Source: a virus. From it: DNA of 64,000 bases. The stretch lies in IMG/VR virus record IMGVR_UViG_3300027852_000031, positions 90,250-154,249 of that record; one strand, given 5' to 3'. The position numbers and the translations under genes were made by a program. The stretch's first letter is position 1, and each line of letters starts with the position of its first letter. Positions 58,584 to 64,000 of this stretch are shown in pieces. The notes beneath the pieces were generated by a model, which was not told the DNA's origin, searched no databases, and was given only the letters and a program-made list of their open reading frames with translations.

Positions 58584-59846
58584 TCATAGTTCCTTCGTTT
58601 TCTCGACAGTTTCTAGCAAACATTTATGTTTTTTGTCGCAGGGAGGGCAACTGTATGTTCCACAATGATTACATTCACAAGCACAATCTACACAGACACG
58701 TTCCCCGCAATCACTGCACGTCTCACATAGACAATCTTTACAAACAGCTTCTCCGCAATATTTACACATTTCTTTACAATCGCTGCAAATACTATAGCCG
58801 CAACATTCACACTGCGTATCACAATTTATGCATCTATCAGAACCACAGCTGTTACATGTAGATAAGCATTCGCTGCATATTTGATCTGAGCAATCTTCGC
58901 ATATTAAAGTGCACTCATTACACATAGGTGCATGACAACAGTTGCATGATTGAATACAATTATCGCAGTACCATTGTTCACAAGTATCGCACATTGCGCC
59001 ATCGGCACAATTAGCGCATTGGATTGAGTCACAACCGTCACATGACACCTGGTCGTACTCGTCTTTCCATTCTTCGCAGCAAACACAATAGAAGCTGCCT
59101 TCACGATCGGGGCTATACCAACTACTCAAGGGTGTGTGTGGTGACTCTGGATTATATGTCCTTAATATTTTTTCTACTAGGTCGAAATAATCTTCCAATC
59201 TTCCCTGATCTATAGCTAGACTTAGTGAGTACTGACCATTTCCTTCACACAATTCTTCATCAGCGACGTGGGGATGGAAAAACCCATTATATGACTCTTC
59301 ACCGGTTACAGCTATGATGCGCAAACTATTAATTGGTTCGATTATATCTATACTGATCCGGAAGTTGCCCAAATTTACATTTTCTTCGTCATCATCCAAT
59401 ATTATACTTTTGACGAGAATAGATAGCCGTCCATCTTTATACTTTATATCATCCCATCTTTTGGATATAACATCGATTTCTTCTATTAGTTGCCGCAACG
59501 ACACCACAGTCGGCCTACTTGCGTTTGTTAGGTGGGCTATTACTAATTTTATATGGTCTATGGTTGTTGTGCACATATCTGGTATCATCTCTTGCGCAAC
59601 ACTATTATATACGGATTCGCTCAATATACCTTCGTGGTTCGTTTTATCCCACGGAGATCTTTGTATCCTTCTTGTTACCCCATAAAATAACTTATCAGTC
59701 CACACTCGTAATTGATTTATTTTATCATAAGCGGTATCTATAGCCCTATAAACTCTTTTGTTGTCGTATGACGAGCGGCTATCTAGCCTTGTGAGCATCC
59801 ATGTTCTAAATTTATGGGCGACTCTGATCTTTATTTTTTTATTCAT
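58584..59846 (-). CDS. Prokaryotic E2-like conjugating enzyme with C-terminal tandem CxxC region
   Basis: LGNFRISI...FFHPHVADEELCEG (Cys200)...LRTYNPESP; 19 CxxC units. Confidence 0.75.
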   Translation of the reverse strand: MNKKIKIRVAHKFRTWMLTRLDSRSSYDNKRVYRAIDTAYDKINQLRVWTDKLFYGVTRRIQRSPWDKTNHEGILSESVYNSVAQEMIPDMCTTTIDHIKLVIAHLTNASRPTVVSLRQLIEEIDVISKRWDDIKYKDGRLSILVKSIILDDDEENVNLGNFRISIDIIEPINSLRIIAVTGEESYNGFFHPHVADEELCEGNGQYSLSLAIDQGRLEDYFDLVEKILRTYNPESPHTPLSSWYSPDREGSFYCVCCEEWKDEYDQVSCDGCDSIQCANCADGAMCDTCEQWYCDNCIQSCNCCHAPMCNECTLICEDCSDQICSECLSTCNSCGSDRCINCDTQCECCGYSICSDCKEMCKYCGEAVCKDCLCETCSDCGERVCVDCACECNHCGTYSCPPCDKKHKCLLETVEKTKEL

Positions 59847-59876
59847 ATTGTAACTCTGATGTCATAGAGGATTTTA

Positions 59877-59907
59877 TGGGTGGGGGGTGGTTGCCACCCC
59901 CCACCCA
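59877..59907. promoter_or_regulatory. Perfect 14 bp GC-rich inverted repeat between Ubl and E2 genes
   Basis: TGGGTGGGGGGTGG-3 nt-CCACCCCCCACCCA. Confidence 0.75.
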
Positions 59908-59924
59908 ATACAGCTATCAGAATA

Positions 59925-60158
59925 TTACGCACCTTCGATCTTCTGAGGCGCAAGGGTTACCTTGTCTCCATCTCTCAGGACATAGTCTGTCTCAGCAACA
60001 AAACTCTCTCCATCAGATCGAACACGGATAGTGAAATCATCGAGATCACGATCCGGCAAGTAAAAATCCAAAAACGTACCAAGAGTAATACCAGGATTCA
60101 CCGTCAATTGCTGCACACCACCGTCGCCATCGTTCGTTACCAAAGTGACGTTCAACAT
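59925..60158 (-). CDS. Ubiquitin-like beta-grasp protein (77 aa; ATG 60158)
   Basis: AGGAG SD; V.PG.TL..FL...IRV...DYVLRDGDKVTLAPQKIEGA. Confidence 0.85.
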   Translation of the reverse strand: MLNVTLVTNDGDGGVQQLTVNPGITLGTFLDFYLPDRDLDDFTIRVRSDGESFVAETDYVLRDGDKVTLAPQKIEGA

Positions 60159-60228
60159 CGTTGTTCTCCTAATAAATTGGGCTTTTAGCCCTACAATAAA
60201 ATTCCAACTACGAGTTGGAATAAACACA

Positions 60229-60516
60229 TTAATTTATTACTCCAATACCGGCTATCTCATCAATGTCTATAAATTCATTTTTTTCTGGTTCAAAATATAT
60301 ATCAAGTGTCGTTAAAAGTTCTTCTTGTGTTGGATGCGTTTTTGACCACACCAACCATTGCGTGTAGCCATATGTATGACCGTGATAAACAGCAAAAAGT
60401 TTATGCTCATTACTGGGCGGTGTTGTGTTGTGCACAGACATTATCAGTTTCTCCGTAGGTATAAGTAATAAGTTGGGTGGTAAGGATCGGTAGCCATCAA
60501 GTTGTCCTATGCCCAC
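60229..60516 (-). CDS. Hypothetical protein (start uncertain)
   Basis: ORF; internal GGAG SD suggests a later start. Confidence 0.4.
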   Translation of the reverse strand: MGIGQLDGYRSLPPNLLLIPTEKLIMSVHNTTPPSNEHKLFAVYHGHTYGYTQWLVWSKTHPTQEELLTTLDIYFEPEKNEFIDIDEIAGIGVIN

Positions 60517-60976
60517 CCCACGGATGGCACGTGACTATAAAATCCAACCGCAGATAATAAGCACACCATCTTTGATATTAATTGGCTGATCACATGGGCA
60601 TAGCATTGATTCACCGTATTGTTCAAGATATTCGTTAAGATAACGTAGATTGTCGTTGATATGGTCTGGTGTATTTGTTCAATTAATGTAATAACCTTGG
60701 CATTCAATCACCTTACCGAACTGCTCAGGTGTCAAGTCTGTTAGGCGATACGTGCGAGTTACATCTGGGATAAGTTCCCATACGACATAAATATCTTTCA
60801 TTTTTCACCTTTCACTATATTTATGTTATCAATTTGACAACCACATCGAAACTGATCCGTCCATTTATTCTTACACACCCACACCATACATACATTCCCG
60901 GACTGTATAAGTTCTGGATGTTTCGGACATCTGCCCATAATTTATTCCTTTATACAGCACGACACAAATGTAGGAG

Positions 60977-61462
60977 CTAGACTATCACTTTCAGTGGTGG
61001 GTCTGGACGTGAATATTCCAACTCACTATCTAGGAGTTCATCTTCAAAGGTGTGGCCAATAAAACCATCTTTAAACATTACCGAATAGACGATAGGATGT
61101 CCGCATTCAAATCTTTCTGCCAGGGATGGAATATCCCATCCATCGTTACTTGCGAATCCAACCACAGTAACTATTTTGTGCGATCGATACCATAATTCTG
61201 CGTCTTGCGAATTGTGAGATTCAAGGCAGTGATATTCAAAATAAAGTTTCTGTCCTATCTTTCGGATAGATTCGATATTGTTAGATGGAATTTGGAATCG
61301 TCGCAACAATTCCGGAGAACTTTCAATCAATTTTCTGACCGTGCGAGGTATATGGTATAGATGTTCTGCTAGTCGTGTATCCCCACCGTACTTATTCACT
61401 ATTGAGTTCAGCTTCCTCAATAGAACCGTAGAGTTCTCGCCCATATTAGGCTCCCAAGACAA
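60977..61462 (-). CDS. Hypothetical protein
   Basis: 161 aa ORF. Confidence 0.5.
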   Translation of the reverse strand: MSWEPNMGENSTVLLRKLNSIVNKYGGDTRLAEHLYHIPRTVRKLIESSPELLRRFQIPSNNIESIRKIGQKLYFEYHCLESHNSQDAELWYRSHKIVTVVGFASNDGWDIPSLAERFECGHPIVYSVMFKDGFIGHTFEDELLDSELEYSRPDPPLKVIV

Positions 61463-61589
61463 TAGTATTAACGTGTCATGCGCTCCAAACCACTACAATA
61501 GACAGATAAATCAGAAACCACAAAAAGAACGAAATTGGTATCCCGATCATTATGCCGATAAACACATTTTTGGGTTCCATATTATATCC

Positions 61590-62207
61590 TTATGACACCA
61601 TGAGTTTTAGGCCTACTACCGTAGTCATGCGCCAATTACGCAAATAATATAATGACTGTTGTGTGGTTGGTTCTGGTACCTTTTGTAAATCGAAATATTG
61701 ACGAATTACATCAACCATTCTAGAGATGGTATCTAACATATTTATTCCGAGATAGTCTGGAGATACACAGAAAGCTGCGGCTTTAATATCATTGGTTATA
61801 CTGTTCAATCGTGGCGTTCTTCGTCGAGAGAAGGTTATATTGTGTTTGTCAAACCATTCTTCAGCCAGATTCCAATCCAGATCTTCAGAGACGTTGTTGC
61901 CTACCCAAATGTATTTTTGGTACCACGATTGTGGTATGTGATACCCCCAATTGCCACAGTTTACATCTCGACCCGTTCCGTTATAGTAATCATGATGTTC
62001 GTCGATATTCACTATATCGAATGGTTTAGGCAACAATCCATCTTTTACCCATTCTCGCAAATCTGGCAGAAAATGATGATGTTGTATATGACATACTGCT
62101 GGTATATTTGGTGGTATTTGCTTCAAAAGATTTTGAAGTTTTTTAACAGGATTTTTTGACGTATTAAACCAGTCAAGGTCTACGCTAAGGAGTGTCGGTG
62201 TTCCCAT
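61590..62207 (-). CDS. UPF0489/arginase-fold-like protein
   Basis: LSVDLDWF, HHH, NIDEHHD, CGNW, C.SPDY. Confidence 0.65.
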   Translation of the reverse strand: MGTPTLLSVDLDWFNTSKNPVKKLQNLLKQIPPNIPAVCHIQHHHFLPDLREWVKDGLLPKPFDIVNIDEHHDYYNGTGRDVNCGNWGYHIPQSWYQKYIWVGNNVSEDLDWNLAEEWFDKHNITFSRRRTPRLNSITNDIKAAAFCVSPDYLGINMLDTISRMVDVIRQYFDLQKVPEPTTQQSLYYLRNWRMTTVVGLKLMVS

Positions 62208-62677
62208 TAATTAGATTCCTGTGCAATTGTGTGAATCTGATGTTCAAGAACAAGCATGGGGATACTATCATCTATCTTGTCGTAGCCATCTTTGTGAACA
62301 ATCTTATCTTCTGATTCTTGATATAAGATGATACCAACGCACCTACTGTGTGGGTATCGTCTAGTCATCTCGTGAGTTATATGATGTATAGTGTCGCCAG
62401 AAGATATTAAGTCGTCAATTATTACATATCTATTAACCATGAAGGTGTACGGTCCACCGAGTTCAAGAGTTGAAAAAGAATGTGACTGGTCGCTGGTTTT
62501 TCGGATTATACCGCATGGTATTCCAGACCTGGTCGATACAGGCACTAAGGCTAGCGATCCGCTTAGTCCGCATCCAACTAGGAAATCTGGTCTATCGATT
62601 CTCGGATTCTTCAATGCATGACATATACATTCAATGGTAGCGGTTGGAAATTCGAAGATATTGCTGAAATAGCACAT
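62207..62677 (-). CDS. Type I phosphoribosyltransferase
   Basis: GLSG, IRK..SH, VIIDDLISSGDT. Confidence 0.82.
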   Translation of the reverse strand: MCYFSNIFEFPTATIECICHALKNPRIDRPDFLVGCGLSGSLALVPVSTRSGIPCGIIRKTSDQSHSFSTLELGGPYTFMVNRYVIIDDLISSGDTIHHITHEMTRRYPHSRCVGIILYQESEDKIVHKDGYDKIDDSIPMLVLEHQIHTIAQESN

Positions 62678-62713
62678 CGTGCAAACTCCATATAATTATA
62701 TTCGTGATATACA

Positions 62714-62785
62714 TGGGGACGGAGGGGATCGAACCCTCGACCGATCGGTTAAAAGCCGATTGCTCTACCGCTGAGCTACATCCCC
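62714..62785 (-). tRNA. tRNA-Lys(UUU), CCA not encoded
   Basis: GGGGATG acceptor, TAGCTCAGCGGTAGAGC D arm, ATCGG-CTTTTAA-CCGAT anticodon arm, GGTTCGATCC T arm. Confidence 0.93.
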
Positions 62786-62787
62786 AT

Positions 62788-63384
62788 TTAAAAATCGAGA
62801 CACTCCAATTCGTCGATACAGGTGAATTGCGTGTCGTCTATGATTTTTGTCCACGACTTGTGGAAATGCCCAAATACCCATCGAGTTGGTTGATGCGCAG
62901 CGAACATTTGTCCCAAGACTTGATTCGTTCTAGACGGGATGATCCGCATGGATTCTGTGACATGCGGGATCACGTGTTGCGGACAATCGTGTGATACTAC
63001 AAAGTTAGGTCTGACTCTTCGGTATTCAGCCAGAGCTGCATAACATTCAGCCATACTTAGTTCTTCCGCCTTCCACCAGCTTATTCCTTCTATGCGCATG
63101 TGGCGATCGATACTGAGTCCACCACGGACGAAGAAGATGTCCCCAAATCCCTCTACGGTATGGGTGCCATAGTTGCCGAGGAAATGGGGCCACTTTTCTA
63201 CTTCGTCGTAGTTGTCATGGTTACCAGCTAATATTCTGTGTCGTCTAGCGTCGATTGTTGAAAGAGTCGTGTATTCGAAACCAAAGTCGCCAATCTGAAC
63301 GGTGGAGTGTGACTTTCGCAATAAACGATGGTAGTGTCTGTAATGTCCGTGGACATCTCCAATTATGCGAAAGTTTGCTTGCAT
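62788..63384 (-). CDS. Calcineurin-like metallophosphoesterase (start ATG 63384)
   Basis: GDVHG, GDFG, GNHD, SHDCP, GHFH. Confidence 0.88.
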   Translation of the reverse strand: MQANFRIIGDVHGHYRHYHRLLRKSHSTVQIGDFGFEYTTLSTIDARRHRILAGNHDNYDEVEKWPHFLGNYGTHTVEGFGDIFFVRGGLSIDRHMRIEGISWWKAEELSMAECYAALAEYRRVRPNFVVSHDCPQHVIPHVTESMRIIPSRTNQVLGQMFAAHQPTRWVFGHFHKSWTKIIDDTQFTCIDELECLDF

Positions 63385-63386
63385 GA

Positions 63387-63641
63387 TTATCCCCCGATAA
63401 ACAACATGATGATGAATGTAATGAATGCTGCTGGGATACATGTCTGCCCCATACCCGGAACAAGCCCCATTAGTCCACCCATCCACCACTCAATCACCGG
63501 TTGCTTGTCTGTGTAAATAAGCCACGTATTAATCGTGTACGGCCACAACACTGCTCCTAAAACGAAAGTGATACTACAAATTAGAATTAGGATTACACCA
63601 AAGCTTCCAGCAACTATTCCAAATTCATTCAAATTTTTCAT
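63387..63641 (-). CDS. Small membrane protein
   Basis: Multiple hydrophobic segments; AAAGGA SD. Confidence 0.6.
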   Translation of the reverse strand: MKNLNEFGIVAGSFGVILILICSITFVLGAVLWPYTINTWLIYTDKQPVIEWWMGGLMGLVPGMGQTCIPAAFITFIIMLFIGG

Positions 63642-63657
63642 TTCTAATCCTTTCTAT

Positions 63658-63897
63658 TTAACGTTTGCCACAGCTGGGAACCCGCTTTTTATGATGGTGA
63701 CCATTTTCGTGGTTGACTCCACGAATCCTTAGTCCACACGAAGTACACGTATCGCCTATTCGGACTTTCGCCCCGTCTACAGTGACTGTTTGCCCATATC
63801 CGACACTATTGCACGACTGACGATTGACAGCAACTTCTAGATCGATTCCACGATCAGACATGACAGTGTGTTTTACGTTTCTCTCTTTGTTTGACAT
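63658..63897 (-). CDS. Hypothetical protein
   Basis: GAGGA SD; CTSC..H..H. Confidence 0.5.
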   Translation of the reverse strand: MSNKERNVKHTVMSDRGIDLEVAVNRQSCNSVGYGQTVTVDGAKVRIGDTCTSCGLRIRGVNHENGHHHKKRVPSCGKR

Positions 63898-64000
63898 ATT
63901 ATCCTCTTTTAAAAATTTTCAATAGATTCTCCAGTTAGCTTTCGGCTGGTGTCCCACGTCAACGTTCCAGTCGGTGTTTCTGCCACCAGTGTCGTTATGT

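Noticed and set aside
58620-59087. CxxC array as multiheme cytochrome or DNA tandem repeat
   Set aside because: Only one CxxCH, no signal peptide, and periodicity is at protein level only
57028-60158. ThiF + ThiS/MoaD as a cofactor sulfur-relay pathway
   Set aside because: No thiamine, molybdopterin or cysteine synthesis genes nearby and an E2-like gene lies inside the operon; disfavoured but not formally excluded
62704-62994. 96 aa plus-strand ORF
   Set aside because: Antisense shadow of tRNA-Lys and the phosphoesterase gene

Overview
This 64 kb window looks like the replication, nucleotide-metabolism and early-gene region of a large dsDNA (jumbo-type) bacteriophage. It is AT-rich and densely coding, almost entirely on the minus strand, uses the standard genetic code, and contains no recognisable structural genes. 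Replication and nucleotide genes include SSB, primase, DnaB, RecA, class II RNR, ThyX, dCMP deaminase, RNase HI, a Xer-like recombinase, two small sigma factors, ClpP, peptide deformylase and tRNA-Lys(UUU). Most notable: (1) a complete four-gene ubiquitin-like conjugation operon (Ubl - E2 with poly-CxxC tail - JAB - E1, 57028-60158) with intact catalytic motifs, upstream of a Ycf46-like AAA+/DUF3150/DUF1257/DUF2997 module; (2) a DnaE polymerase split without inteins into two genes separated by a 9 kb, 12-gene glycosyl-/sulfo-/methyltransferase and heptose-kinase island; (3) four LAGLIDADG inteins, one in a glycosyltransferase and two sibling inteins in the Walker A motifs of DnaB and RecA; (4) one HNH endonuclease family in four states of decay, one copy fused to a GMP reductase/IMPDH-like enzyme; (5) a recurring GAAACA-N17-TATAAT promoter-like motif, an orphan BrxL-like ATPase and a possible minimal histone-fold protein. 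Family assignments come from motif recognition only; no database searches were run.
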